A stretch of DNA of 64,000 bases from Eremomyces bilateralis CBS 781.70 (lineage: Eukaryota). This document shows, one piece after another, positions 34,601 through 48,245 of the stretch. A program made the translations under genes and the position numbers. The DNA is taken from the NCBI GenBank assembly GCA_010015585.1, contig ML975154.1; one strand, written 5' to 3'. Under the pieces are notes generated by a model. It had not been told where the DNA came from and did not search any database. It saw only the letters and a list, made by a program, of their open reading frames with translations. Position 1 is the stretch's first letter; each line of letters begins with the position of its first letter.

Positions 34601-36566
34601 AACCCAGGAGACTTATGATCTGGTGTTCGACCGGCTTGACAAGGAAATTGTGCGGGGTGAGACGAAACATTTGATCGTTTTGTTAGGAGTGGTAAGTACT
34701 CCCGTAGGGAAGGGATCAAAGTAGCGAAAACTAACTTCGGAATAGCCCATTGCGTACCCGCGTCTCAACTTCCTTGAGAACGTCCTAACATCCCGGGTGA
34801 TGGACCCCGTCAAAGCCTTAGGGCGAACTGGTAAGCTTGGAAACTTTGTGAATAAGTTCGATGGTGGAGTGGAAATCTTAGATGATTTAGACGACCACTG
34901 GACGGCAAAGCACCACAAGCACGAGCGGAACTGGCTCATCCAAGAACTGCAAGAGTTTGCCGCCGAAAACTCCATTCGCATCACAATTCTCGGCGGCGAT
35001 GTGCATCTCGCGGCGGTCGGGCAGTTCTACTCCAACAAGAAGCTCGGAATCCCGAAAGACAAGGACCATCGATACATGCCCAACATCGTCAGCTCTTCCA
35101 TCGTCAACACGCCGCCACCGGACCTCCTGGCCGATGTGCTGAATCGTCGGAACAAGATCCACCACCTGGATCCGGACACCGATGAGGATATGATACCTCT
35201 GTTCCCGCATGACAGCGACGGCAAGCCGCGAAATAACAAAACCTTGCTACCGCGAAGGAACTGGTGCGCAATCCGCGAATATCAGCCAGGCTCGACGCCC
35301 CCGCCCACTCCGCCTCCAATATCACCTGCCGACCAGTCCCCAAGCCGGTCGCGCAGCGAAAGTCGTGGTCGGGGCATTACTCGATCCCTATCTCTGACCC
35401 GTGGAGCCGGGAGCCTCGTCCGCCGTCTCTCCGGCTCCCGCAAACGCGCACCCGCTGACCGCGAGCCGCAAACAGAGCGACCCACCCGTAGCGTTGCGCC
35501 TCCCCGCGCATTCTTCAACCACCCCTCCGTGCGCGAATCCGAGAACCACCCAGTGTCCTCCCACGATCGTGCCCACTCTGCTGAACAGCTCCCCCCACGC
35601 CGCCCCTCCGACGCCTCCAACTCCTACTTCCCCGAAGAACCTTTCCACCCGGGGCCCTTCCACCGCCGCCCCACCAACCTCTCCGAAAAGTCCGGCCGGC
35701 GCAACAACCTCGCCCGCCGCGATAGCCACCCCTTCACCAACCACGGCGATGGTCTCCCCCCTTCCCCCCCAGGCGACCACATCAACCTCCAATCTGGCCT
35801 CGACATCACCCTCAACGTCGAAGTCTCTCGCGGCGACCCCGCCGGCATCACCCACCCCTATCGCCTCCTCGTCCCCGCCCTCTGGTACTCCGGTCCCCCC
35901 GACATCAACCCCGCTAGCCGCAATGGCCGCCTAAAAACCCTCTTCGCGAGCCTTGGCCGCCGCCGTGCGGAGCACAGCCGCACAAGCGGGCTGGAGGACG
36001 GGGCGTTTGATTCGCGGGCCACCACGCCGCGGGGCGTGTCGCGTGCGGGTGCTAGTGAGGACATCAGCGAGGGATACGGGCGGGAGAGATACGGTGAGGA
36101 GTCGGAGCCGGCGTCACGGCCGCCGAAGAAGGCGGGGGGGTTATTTCGCTCGTTGACCGGGCGGTTTGGAAGTAAGCGGATCGTGGGGCCGCCGCCGCCG
36201 TATACGCCTGGCGGGCGTGAGGATGGGTATAGTTTTGAGGAGGATCGGGACGAGCGGGTGGCGGGGAGGGTGGATGAGTATCGTGGGACGGGGACACGAC
36301 GGGCGCCGCAGCCGGTTGAGGTTCCGCGAGGGATGTCGGCTACCGCGAGGGTGGGGCCGGATGGGAGGCCGATTAGGAGGAGTTATCGGGGGGATGCGTA
36401 CGATGCGGGGATTGAGGACACGGATGAGGAGGGGGAGGAGACGCCGCGGTTAGGGGAGGTGGAGAGTCCGTATGGTGGGGCGAGGGAGAGGGAGAGTGAG
36501 TTTTATGGGAAGGGGGGGTTTGAGGAGGGGGAGAGGAAGAGGGGTGGGTGGAGGCTTTGGAAATGA
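31643..36566 (+). CDS. Large (~1600 aa) protein with central PhoD-like metallophosphoesterase domain and long disordered termini
   Basis: Exons 31643-34285, 34341-34691, 34746-36566 join in frame. Motifs FSSCNGFS, FHVMVGGGDQVYND, WDDHDIIDGFGSYP, LDCRTER, LDDLDDHW, GGDVHLAAVG. Confidence 0.85.
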
Positions 36567-37592
36567 GGGATACGGAGATGGGGGAGTACGGGGCCGATCG
36601 GGGGTAGTCAAAAGTTGTTTGGAACGGATTTACTCCTTAGCTTGTTGATATTTCCTTGAGCAGACATGAAGCGTTCGGACCTAGTACACAGAATCTAAAC
36701 GATCGAGTTTGAATCGTTCTTTCGCATCCGAGACCTTTGTTTTATTTCCACTCCTCTTCTTCATTGTGCCGTGTTGACTCGAGCTTGATAACTGCTCGGC
36801 GCTTTGTTCAATGCCCAGTCACATTGATATTGTCCACCACGCGCTTAGTCGCCGTGGATATGGATTCACCAGATGATAGATAATCATCGTGGTATCTGCT
36901 GTTTTCTTCATCGGATCTCAGTGAATTTTGTCGGCTGGTGAATGGTGATCTTGATGAAGTTGGGAACTGTGTGGATTTCACCAAGTCAGATAATTCCCGC
37001 AAGCCACAAGAGACGAAGCCAAACACCAGTCGACTAAAGAACGACACTCAGGCCTCATCCTCAGTCAATTCCAGCGTCCGGAATTCGCCCGAGAGAGAGA
37101 GCTAGCACGCCGACGTCCTTTCGCCAGGGCCAGTGAGGGCGTGGAAGTGTTGCCGCTGCAGAAAGCCGAGCATGATGGGCGTCCATATCTGCGATGTCGA
37201 CGTCCTTCATGGAGGGCACTTTACGGGATGCTTGCACAAGCGATGCAAGGGCTGTTCTCTCGGGGTTGTCAAGCCACAGAACCCGCATGGATGAAATAGT
37301 TGGGCTAGATGGACTTCGGGTGTCGAGAGGGAGGCAAAATGATTGTACGGAGGAAAACATCAATGACGACTACGATAGGATAGAAAATTGAAATGGTTCC
37401 GTTGCGATGAAAAGCTTTCTATGACCGCAGCCAGGAGTTATACATACACAATAATCACAGGAGAAATGCAAAGCTTGCTCTTCAAGGTATCGGAGTTGGT
37501 TGTTCCCCAATTCCCGTGATCTTGTCAATCCCCTTCCCCTTCGACTAATGTGACCGTCCCTGTCTCCTTTCCCTTCTTCCTCACGGGGCCGC

Positions 37593-38013
37593 TCATTCTA
37601 ACTGCCCGGTCAAATATGCCTCGATCTCGTCCATTTTCGGTTTGTTATCTGCATGAACGTAAGCAACCGATAGATACCAAGGTTGTTCGATAACCGAAAA
37701 CATACTCCTTGGTGCCTTTCCGGTGTGAACCGCGTATTCCTGTTTGGCCTGTGATATCAACTGCTCCTTCTTCTGGTATTCCCGCTGAAGAGCCGCGGCT
37801 CTATCTTGTGCGGATAGCGATCGCTGATGGGTGAACCCGTAGAAAACACCGAGCCCTCCGGCTAACCACCGCAACACCTGCTCCGTTGTCAGTCGCCAGT
37901 TCAATCAATGAGGTATCCAACTAGTCGCCATTGCAATGGTTGCAAAGAGCCATTGCGCCGCTTGGATTGTAGGAATAGGCGGATGATCATACATTGACTG
38001 CTTCTGATGCCAT
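37593..38013 (-). CDS. TIM11: Mitochondrial ATP synthase subunit e
   Basis: Exons 38013-37993 (MASEAVN), 37877-37706, 37648-37593. VLRWLAGGLGVFYGFTHQ carries the GxxxG TM motif, followed by a coiled coil (REYQKKEQLISQAKQEY). Confidence 0.9.
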
Positions 38014-38488
38014 CTGTTCCAGCCACCCAGGGAAGTTCCAATTGGAGGTTTACGGAGGGTATGGGGAGGCAATCGATCGCGCAAGACCGAGAAAAGAGCG
38101 GCGCAATGAGAGGAGGATCGGGGAGATGGAATTCGAGGGGGTTGGATGGAGTCGTTGTTGGATGAAAGTAGATCTCTCGGTCACTCAGATAATCAGGTTG
38201 TCGGCCAATTTTCCGCTGCGCCAAAGATGCCTGTTGCACCCGGAATGAGTGTCACGTGATATTGAATTCCATTGTCGCCCTCCTTGTTGCTTCATGCAAT
38301 TCATCATCGTCTTGATATTCCTTGGGTTATTGCAGTCAAAGTGGCCAACGCGTTTTTCTACTGTTAAGATACCCCTTTGCTATTTGGAGTCTACGGGTTT
38401 ATATTGGCTTGGAAACAAACGCGTCGCTCTCTTTTCCGCCTATCACAACTTCTATGAATTGAAGCGGAACCCGCCCGATTCATGCAAG

Positions 38489-40755
38489 ATGGATCATCCT
38501 ACATCTGTCCAACAACGGAAGGATGAAATATTGGCAAAGAAGGCGAAACTGGCAGAGTTGAAGCGCCAGCGAGAATTGCGAGCGAGAGAGTTCTCAGCCA
38601 CCAGACAAAGCATCGGAGATACTTCAGATGTCGGTACCCCTTACCGACTCCACAACAGGGCCCAGAGACTAACAGTGCTCGTAGGTCATATCGCCGAGCC
38701 CAAGTCGAGTAGATAGTAGGAAGGAATTGGATTCTCTCATATCTAGTCTTGTGGGAGAAAGCAGACCTTCGTCAACCGGGCCCCGAGACCCATCGTCACC
38801 AGCACTCAGAAGCCGTCCGACATCGGTAGTGAGCGGCAGTCAGCTCAGCGGTGATCAACTCGATGTGTCCAGATCTCCAAAGTCGCAGACATCAGCGGCA
38901 CCACCACAACGATTATCCTTCGCGCCCTCGGTTACCGTTTACGACGTCGATCCAGGCGTGACCGCGCCTCCACCGAAACCTAAACCCGAGTACGTCACCT
39001 ACACCAAGTCTGTTCAGACTTCCGAGGAGTGGACTCCACTGCGGCAGGATGATGACCCTGGAAATGCCGACGTCGAAGGTTCTCCTTCAAAGAAACGGCC
39101 GAGCCTACGCGAACAGATGCGAGACGAGGAGCTACGACAACAGGTTCGGAAGGAGATGGAAGCGGAATTGCGAGCTGCAGAGGCTAGTGGCGCGGACGCG
39201 ATATCACAGAGGGATGTCGATGGAAAACAAAACTTCCCCGCAAGGGCGCTTACGGATGAGGAATTGAACGCGGTGACCGGCTCGGATGAATTCTTGGACT
39301 TCGTGGAACGGTCGAGTAAGGTCCTCGAGCGAGCGCTCGATCAAGAGTACGACATCTTGGCGGACTATGCTCTCGGGGGGGGAAATGCCCTAGACGAAGA
39401 AGAAGATGGGTACGGAGCACCGCGAAAGAAGTCGAGGCGGGTGAAGGATATTGCACATTTTTGGGACGATCGGTGGAGTAAGAAGCGAGTTATTAGCGAT
39501 ATAGGCTTCTCACCAAAGGTAAGGGGACGCAATCAAGATGTATTGTGCACCAAGTCTGACATTACCCCAGTTCCCAGAATTAGTGCTGGCGTCCTACACC
39601 AAAAACCCATCCGCACCTCACGACCCAGACGGCGTCGTCCAAGTATGGAACCTGCATATGCACGACAGGCCGGAATATATATTCCACGCGCAATCCGACA
39701 TCCTTACCGCCAAGTTCTCCCCGTTTCATCCTCATCTTATCCTTGGGGGGTGTTACTCTGGCCAAGTTTTACTGTGGGACACACGAACCAACCGCTCGTC
39801 ACCAGTTCAAAAGACCCCCCTAACCGGTTCCGGCCATACTCACCCTGTGTACGCCCTCGACATAGTTGGTACGCAAAATGCCAATAACATCATCTCCGCA
39901 TCAACCGACGGTGTCGTCTGCTCCTGGAGTGTGGACATGCTGTCACAACCCCAAGAATACCTCGAACTCACCAACCCGCACGGCACCAAAACCGACGAAT
40001 TCGCACCGACTTGCATTGCATTCCCGGCATCAGACCCCACCTACTTCCTAGCCGGAAGCGAGGAAGGCGTCATATTCCCCTGCCATCGATATGACCGAGC
40101 GGGAGCCAAAGCCGGGCTCGACCCACGCCTAAGCTACCGTGCGCACTCTGCACCAGTCATGTCCCTCGACTTCCACCCCGCACGCGGTCCCGTCGATCTA
40201 GGCGATCTCGTTCTATCATCCTCACTCGACTGGACCGTCCGTCTCTGGCGCGCCCGGCCACCGTCCGCGACCGCTGCTGCCGCAGCCGGCGTGACCCCAG
40301 CGCCATCTGCCGCCGCCAACGCCAGCGCGACCAGCCCGCTCATGGAATTCCCGCGTGAAGACCTCGTCTATGACGCAAAGTGGTCGCCCATCCGCCCTGG
40401 AATCTTCGCGCTGGTCGATGGAGCCGGAAGCCTGGAGATCTGGGACGTGAACAACGACGTGGAGATCCCGTCCGCCAAGGTTAAGCCGAGTGAGCTACGG
40501 GCGAAGAGTGGCAAGTTTGCAGGAATGGCGCTCGGGGGGATGGGAATGGGGGCCCGGAATAGTTTGAATAAGGTGGCTTGGGAGGGGACAGAAGGCAAAC
40601 GAATCGCCACAGGGGGGCTGGATGGGGTGGTGAGCGTATTTGAGGTTGGGAATGAGTTTGGGGGGACGGAAGGGCAGAAGAGCGAGGAGTGGGCGGGGGT
40701 TAAGAAACTGGTGGTCCGCTGTGAGGCCGAGATTGAGGGTAGAAAAGCCAGATGA
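38489..40755 (+). CDS. nudI: Cytoplasmic dynein intermediate chain (WD40)
   Basis: Exons 38489-38629, 38685-39518, 39571-40755. N-terminal coiled coil RKDEILAKKAKLAELKRQRELR; light-chain-binding-like TYTKSVQT; FLDFVERSSKVLERALD; WD40 region SPKFPELVLASY, GHTHPVY, VGTQNANNII. Confidence 0.93.
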
Positions 40756-41670
40756 CGGAGTACTCCGCTCGATAGGGCTGATACCGTACTACCATCAAGT
40801 TTCAGATATTATCCAATAATAGTGGTGATCATCTCATAGGAGTCCGAAGGTTTCTGTGGAGTGGCTTGATGCCGTGAGCCACGCTGGTCTGCAGTCGTGA
40901 TAAAATCGACATAGCGCCTTTTCTTGGTACTCTTCGCAGGACCTTGGCTATTATGCGCCTAATTCCTTGAATAAACGTTTCCAGGCGACTAATTGGCCGT
41001 CGGACGGATTTGGTTTCCGTTCCATGAAGTCCTCCATAAAATGGTTGCAGCTCCCACGTGACCTGATGTCGAAGCCGCACCCTGACGGAGGATCTTCATA
41101 TCAGCAACCACATCCACCACCTGAAGCACACAATTGCCACGCGACATGGTCACTCCGACAACCAGCGGAAATCTTCGCTGGGACGTAACTGGCACTTCTC
41201 CAGACAATGATAGGCGAGAGATCCATGGCTCCCGTCGATTGCGATTGAGGCGTGCCTGGAAGGATGCGGAATCCAGGCCGACAATCGTCCTGGTTCCATG
41301 ATGAGCCTCCATACAGGCACGCTCCGTCCGGTTTCACAGTCGACATTTCAAAAATTCAGAGTCTAGGTGCTGGCTGAATTTCTGGTCTCCATCTGGAGTG
41401 CCTGAGTGTATTCTCTTGGTAGCTTAGCAGATGTCATATTTTCTCGTATCCAAGCCCATCTCCACCAGGACGGAATCCGACTACACTCGGAATGGCTTTC
41501 TTTCAGGTTGGACAAATGTTAATATCTAACGCCATATCTGTTCATCATTTCAATCTCCATTCAGTCTTCATCCAATCTTCATATTATTGTCTGTCTTTAG
41601 AGTCTCGTTCAACAACTACATTAACAACTACACTCATCCTCCACATGCTCACTCCATACCCTGCGGCACC

Positions 41671-43748
41671 ATGTACCCATCCTTCTACCGTATATCCCGA
41701 CCTCCGCCTGCGTACCGCCTTTCGCGGCCTACGTCGTGGTTCCAAGACGAGCGACGCTCTCGACACGTCCGCGCCTCCATCTACAACGACCAGGTCTTCC
41801 AGCAAGAGTTCTTCACCGACCCCTCCGACCCCTTCTCCGGCTCGCACGAGCTTATCCTCAACCCCATCGACGCTAACAAAGATGACTACGAAAACCCCTA
41901 CAAAGTCTCCCAGGAAACTCTTGAAATCCCTTACGAGGGACAGGAGGAGTTCCACATCCGGTTCGACGAAGACGTAACGGCGCCAAAACCCGCGGAGGAT
42001 GTCACGGCGGACAATTTCAAGGCAGGATGGCGGCTTCATCTTGCGTTCGCGGCTTTATCAGTCGTCACGCTTATGGCGGCCGTTGACGCGACATCTCTTT
42101 CCGTTGCTCTTCCTGTACGTTGATGTTACCGCTCGCGAATGGCTCGCAGCTACTGACTATCGCAGATAATGTCTCGATTGCTGAATGGAACTGCCATTGA
42201 AGCCTTCTGGGCAGGGACCAGTTTCTTGCTCACTTGCACCGTCTTCCAACCCGTCATCGGCTCTTTCAGCCATATCTTTGGCCGCAAGCCCGTTCTTTAC
42301 GTCGTCTTCGTGTTCTTTGGTGTCGGTTCCATCGTTATTGCCGTAGCGAAGAACTTCACCATCATCCTTCTTGGTCGCTCAATCCAGGGTATCGGGGGTG
42401 GTGGTCTGATCGCACTGACAGAGATCATTGTCACGGATCTTATCCCACTACGTCTTCGAGGTGAATGGTTCAGCATTATCCACACTGTCTACTGCGTCGG
42501 TACCGTGCTTGGGCCTATCGTCGGCGGCGGTTTCGCGCAGAATGTCAACTGGACCTGGATCTTCTGGATCAATCTTCCGCTCCTTGCCTTTGCGGCTGTT
42601 TTGGTGTTCTTCTTCTTGCAGTTGAACTTTAAGACGACCACTTTCTTTGACAAGTTGAGCCGTATTGACTGGATCGGTACCGTCATATTCATCGCTTCCA
42701 CCACCGGCTTTTTGATCCCGCTGTCGTGGGGCGGCACTCAATATCCTTGGACAAGCTGGAGGACTCTTGTGCCACTCATTGTGTCCCTCGCTGGTCTGGT
42801 TGGGTTTGTTGTGTACGAGGAGAAGGTCGCCAAGGAGCCCCTTATCCGGATGTCAATTTTCAAGAACCGTACCTCTGCTGTTTCATTCCTTGGAACTTTC
42901 CTTCGTAGGTGCAACCTGCTCTGCCTTGCTTCATTAGCCACTAACTGTTTATAGACGGTGTCGCTCTGTACGCTATACTTTACTATATGCCATTGTACTT
43001 TGAAGCAGTCAAGGGGTTCTCTCCTATCATCACTGGGGTCGCCATGTTCCCACAGATGTTCACCGTCTCTCCAGCCGCCATTGCTTCGGGAGTCTACTCC
43101 GCAGTCACAGGACGCTACGTCGAGGCAATGTGAGTCCACACATCCCCCACTCTCGATTCCTACCACTGACTCTCTCACAGCTGGCTCGGTTGGGTCTTCA
43201 CCTGCGCCGGCATGGGCATCCTCATCCTCCTCCGCGAAGGCACCAGCACCGTCGCCTGGATCTTCATCAACCTCGTCTCCGGCCTGGGCATCGGCATTCT
43301 CTTCACCGTCCTCTCCATGGCCATCCAAGCCTCCACCCCCAACAAAGACATGGGCTACGCCGTCACCATGTTCGCCTTCTTCCGCGCCCTCGGGCAGACC
43401 GTTGGCGTCGCCGTCGGCGGTGTCATCTTCCAGAACCGTATGTTGGTGGAGTTGCAGAGCTACCCGTTGCTGGCGGATCGCGCACATGAGTACGCGCGGG
43501 ACTCCTCGAGCCTGGCGGGCACTATCAAGACTATGGAAGATGGGCTCGAGAAGGATCAGCTGAAGGCGTCGTACGTCAAGGCGCTCATGTGGGTGTGGAT
43601 CGTTATGTGTGCGTTGTCAGGCGTGGGCTTGCTCACCAGCCTGTTCACGAAGGCCTTACCGCTTGATCGTGCGCTGGAGACGGACCAGGGGTTCGCACAT
43701 CAGGAGGTGAAGAATGATGAGGAAATGCACAAGAGGGGGGGCGATTAA
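41671..43748 (+). CDS. MFS drug:H+ antiporter, 14-TM (DHA2-like)
   Basis: Exons 41671-42114, 42166-42904, 42955-43129, 43181-43748. Motifs AVDATSLSVALP, SHIFGRK, GRSIQGIGGGG, GTVLGPIVGG, WTWIFWINLP, IDWIG, FFRALGQTVGVAVGG. Confidence 0.9.
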
Positions 43749-44124
43749 GTTGTTAATAATACGGGGGGTGGACAGTCTGATATTTCTGCTTACATTGTTC
43801 GGGACGTTCACTGTCGATCCTTAGGCACTTCGGCGTTGGGTCGGTATCGGTGGCATTTGCATAGCGAGAGTAAGTTGGCGACATGAACGATATCACGCCA
43901 CAGCTGTACATTTTATCGATCATGTATTGGTCTTGAATCTCAGCCATTTAAGCGTTGAAAAGTCTTTCTGTCTGTTCATTCAGCCAATAGTAAATCTCAT
44001 GTAACCTCATCTTTTGACCGGCATAACTATTCATACAATCATCCCCCATGGTTCATTCGCACATTCCAAATCTCCAATTCGCCGCATCCAAGTCGTAACT
44101 CATTAGACACATGTACTCTTTCAA

Positions 44125-45376
44125 CTACCTTGCATGGCTGACGATCCTTCCGTAAAGCTCCTCCGGGATTTTCGGGACGAAGCTAATTGCAATAGCCTTA
44201 ACCTTCGCCGCTTGCAACGGAGGGAACGACCTTAAAATCTGGTTTGGACTGCTTTCATCAGCCACAACTCAATGTTCCACACAAAGACAGACAACTCACC
44301 TCGCCGCCTCCATAAGCTGATCCCGAATCAACACCAGTTGCGCTACAATACACAACAGATTCAAATGCGTCCCGTACGCGAACAAAAAATCCCACAGCGC
44401 CAACACCTCCGGCAATGGCGGCGTGCACGCGCACATGGTCAACACGCTTGCGAACCCGTAGATCTCCGCGCTCATCCCCTTGCTCTGCAGATACGCCGCG
44501 AGCTTGGGGTCCACGATCATGAGGATCTCGTCGACCAGCCGCAGCCCGCGGTGCACGCCGTCCATGGACGGAAGGATGTACGAGGGGAGTTCGTTGGAGA
44601 TGAGGGTGGAGAAGGCGGCGAAGGCTTGAGTTTCCGAGCGCGCAGCATAGAGGAGGGGCGCAGCGAGGACGTTCATGCCTTGGACGTAGCCGATGGTGGT
44701 GGACGTGCCGTGGGATGCAGTGGTGTCGCCGGAGACAGAGTGCGCGGACATCGAGGTGCGTGGCGGCCTTGCGCTATCGTTGGTCGGCTGGCTGGCAGGG
44801 TCTTTCCGATCCGGGTCCGGGCTATTCAGCATGTCGCTAAGATCACGCTTAAACCGCGAATCGGGCGACCCCCCCCCCTTGATGTTGCCGAGGGACCCGT
44901 CGATGCTCCCGGCGGTGGACATGGTGGGCGGCGACTGCCAGCCGTTGACTTTCGCTTCGTGCGCATCGTGGAGGCGCCAAGCGATGGCGTTGAGGACACG
45001 GGTGAGGCTGTTTTCAGTGACGCGGCGGCGAAAGAGGGGGTCGGTAGCGAGGGTGCGGAAGGTGTCGTTGCGGATTTTGTTGTAGGCGGGGGAGGGGCCC
45101 TGGCGGACGAGGTCGAGGTAGGTGTCGGTTTTGAGAGGTGGAGAGGAGAGGAAGACGAGCCAAATGTAGATGCGGAGTTCGGACTGGGAGGGGCAGTTAG
45201 AATGTCTGTTCGAGTTGGGACAAGATCGGAGATCGTGCGGGGTGGTTGATGTTTACCATGCCGTCGCTGTTCGCCGGGATGCCATTGACAAGGACATTGT
45301 ATCGGAGGTCGTCTAGACCACGGCAAACATCGCCACCAGGCGGACCTTTCAGAAGGAGAAGGTCGAGATTCGTCAT
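44125..45376 (-). CDS. BUB2: Bub2/Cdc16 TBC-domain GAP of the mitotic exit / septation initiation network
   Basis: Exons 45376-45257, 45183-44300, 44248-44125. Motifs KIRNDTFRTL (Arg finger), YVQGMNVLAAP (Gln finger), LTMCACTPPLPEVLALWDFLFAYG, ILRSFPPL. Confidence 0.93.
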
Positions 45377-46321
45377 GGTTACGGTATATGGGGGATGCAG
45401 TTGAGATGACTAGAGGCGTGCCCAAGACGCGCTGCGACGCGAGTTGAAGTCCGATTTACAGAAAGTTGGGTGGCTGAGAGGTAAATTGCGGCAAGGGTCC
45501 TCCATTCCAGCCACACTCAGAAGGCTGGAGTTTGAGCATTAGTCAGCACCCCCTGAAGGCATGAACCATGAACCATCAACCAACGTCTAACACGCAACAG
45601 TGTCTTGATTTGAGTCTAATCCATTCCAATGGTTTCAAATAATTGAATGCAAGGATGCTGCTATCCGGTATACTATGTGTCGTGGTGGTGCTGTAGGGGT
45701 CGGCAACATGACAATGGTATGAGACCAAATGATACCAGTGCTCTTCTGTCCAAACCCTCCGACTTATGACACCACCAAAGTGGTGATACCTGGTAGATAT
45801 CACCATTTCTTCCGCCCTTTGACCAAACAGCTGGAACCTAACAGCGACTCCATGCCTTCTCTCTATCTTTTATGTCTGGTTTTTGAATGCTTTGTGTGCC
45901 TGTGGAACATGATGGCGACAGTCCCTCATTTCAGCTGCCTTGGTGACGAGCTGGCAAGCTTCGAGTCGCAGACATGCCATCTCCAAATGATATATATGTT
46001 TTCTTTCGACCTAAGTATATGCCATTGAACTCAATTCCAGTCGCCAGGCGCCGATAGAAAGAATGAGCTGAGGATTTAGCCGCAACACCATTCACATGCG
46101 GGGAAGGTCGAATTGGCAAGGGCGCACATGTGAATACTGAAATGAGTCGCATTCAATTTCGTATATTCTCTTCCTATGAACCGAGTTTCCTTCACTATTG
46201 GTGTTTTGTTTTTCACACTGATGACAACCCACTTCAATCACTCTTCTGATTTCCTTCAACCAACACACAAGAGAAGCAGCAGCATTCTTGGAATTCGTGT
46301 CCTACTTTAAGAGCGTTTGAG

Positions 46322-47833
46322 ATGGCAAAGAAGAGCGGCAAGCAGGCTGTTAAGCCATCGCCTGGGCCTCGCCTATCACCACCGATCGCTGATCAACGGA
46401 GAGTTATTCAGGGGTCTTGGGAACAGGCCTTTGCCACACTGCTGAATGGCCGTGGAGGAGTCCTCCAAGTGACGAATTTCAATCCTAATGGTACCCAAGC
46501 TGACATGAAGTCGTTCTTGAAAGACATCGAGTTGTGAGTCCGTCCAGATCATTGAGGATGTAGAATCCCTCTGAATGTGCTAACTGAAAGGCTCTTTAGC
46601 AATATCCTTTTCATTCCCAAAGACCAAAAGGGTAATGTCGGGATCGCGCTTATGTCCTTCCGGTCTCAGAAAGACTACACCCTAGCTGCCACTGAGTTGA
46701 ACAAAAGGAAAATCAATGGCAGGCTCATGTCTGTGGTGGATGCAGGTGCATTACCTGTGACGAAGCCAGATACCACTCAAGCAGTGCATAACGGCGACCA
46801 GTTCAAGCTTACTCCGGATCAGATGAATAGAATCAGCAATAAGGAGAAGAACCGCTCCGAGCAGATCAACAACCGCAAGAGTGGCAAGGGCTCGCCGTTT
46901 CTCACTGCGTTGGACAATTCGACCTTGGTCTACATAACCCTCTATGATTTCCCCTTCGCACTCACTGCAGGAGGCACTGCCAAAGCCGCAGAAGTAGTCT
47001 TGACGTCCATAGTTTACGGCGCGAAGAAAGGGTTGGCGAATTTCCGGTTCTGGGCCGGACCATATTTCTTGGCCGCATATCGGGACCTGGAATCTGCCCA
47101 AGACGCGATGCGCGCACTCCATGGCCACGCCATCATTGGGAACGACAACGTCACATATGGCACGCTCAGCATCGAAACCGGGCCAGTGAACAGAGAGAAG
47201 AGGGAAGCCCTGCTTGCTGAGGTTCGGAACGGCAGCTGGAACTCCGTACTTCCGACAGGGTTCTGCGACAGACTGTTTGTGAAACACGTTATGGACGGTC
47301 TCAAATCTGGGTCTCTTAAGCCACAGGATTATGATGGTTTCTACGACAAGAGGCACCACTATGTCGGCCCTGCCATTGATCCACGCCCTGTCATTGCTCC
47401 ACGCCCTCCTTTGGTGCCCGAATCCTTCAGCACGAGCGAGCCACTGAGCTTTGTTGACGCAACCTCCAACACTTTTGTCCAACGACCGACAACATCAGGG
47501 ACACCTTTCGACTCTCATGCCGATTCCCCACATGTCCCAGCTCCTCAGAGCCCTGGACAAGTCCAGTCATCTTTACAGGCAACCCATACATGGCCGCCGG
47601 CTGGCACGTCGAAGTCCATGCGGATTCCATCCACACATCCAATTCCAAATCGACCTCCACGGTCTACACATGACGAGCGGCCAGGTCTTTATGGCAGTTT
47701 CCTTCGAAATAAAGGAGGGGAGAATCGTGGAGTTAAGCGGAAGGCGGATGACTATGATATAGCAGAGTCCACGAAATCGCTTAGGTTGGAGGAGTCGGAT
47801 GAAACTGAGCAATTGAGCTGGAGAGAGCTGTAG
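46322..47833 (+). CDS. Divergent RRM-like protein with two degenerate RRMs and a Pro/Ser-rich tail; function unknown
   Basis: Exon 1 46322-46533, intron 46534-46599 (GTGAGT...CTAAC...TAG), exon 2 46600-47833 in frame. RNP2-like LQVTNF, RNP1-like GIALMSF...ELNKRKINGRLMSV; second unit AYRDLESAQDAMRALHG; NLS-like GVKRKADD. Confidence 0.7.
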
Positions 47834-48245
47834 TACGGCAAACGCCGAATATTTTGATACATGGGATGATGAGTGCCAGCAATGTACCAGACATTGATAA
47901 CACTTGCTAATGTTATTCTGAGATGAGGGTTCCATCGGTCTCTTCCTAGCGATGGACTACGTGGAAGTGGGTAGATAGCCATAATCGAACGTTCACCTTG
48001 CAAAGAAATACAGACGTGACAAGAAATTGGAACATGATACATCTTCTATTGACTATCTATCATACATAGAGGGCCAACACGAATACCAAAAGGTATCCCT
48101 CACAAAAGCCATCAGTGTCCATATAGCGACTGACGCCATGCTGTCTACCAGGACCCCAAACGCCTTGCCGCAATTCGTCTACTCTAGCACCGTAACCAAA
48201 CCCAAGTCCTCATATCCGACCAGTCTCGGACCTCTCGAGAATCCT

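Noticed and set aside
36808..37363. Two minus-strand ORFs downstream of TIM11
   Set aside because: Different frames, no joining intron found and no recognisable motif.
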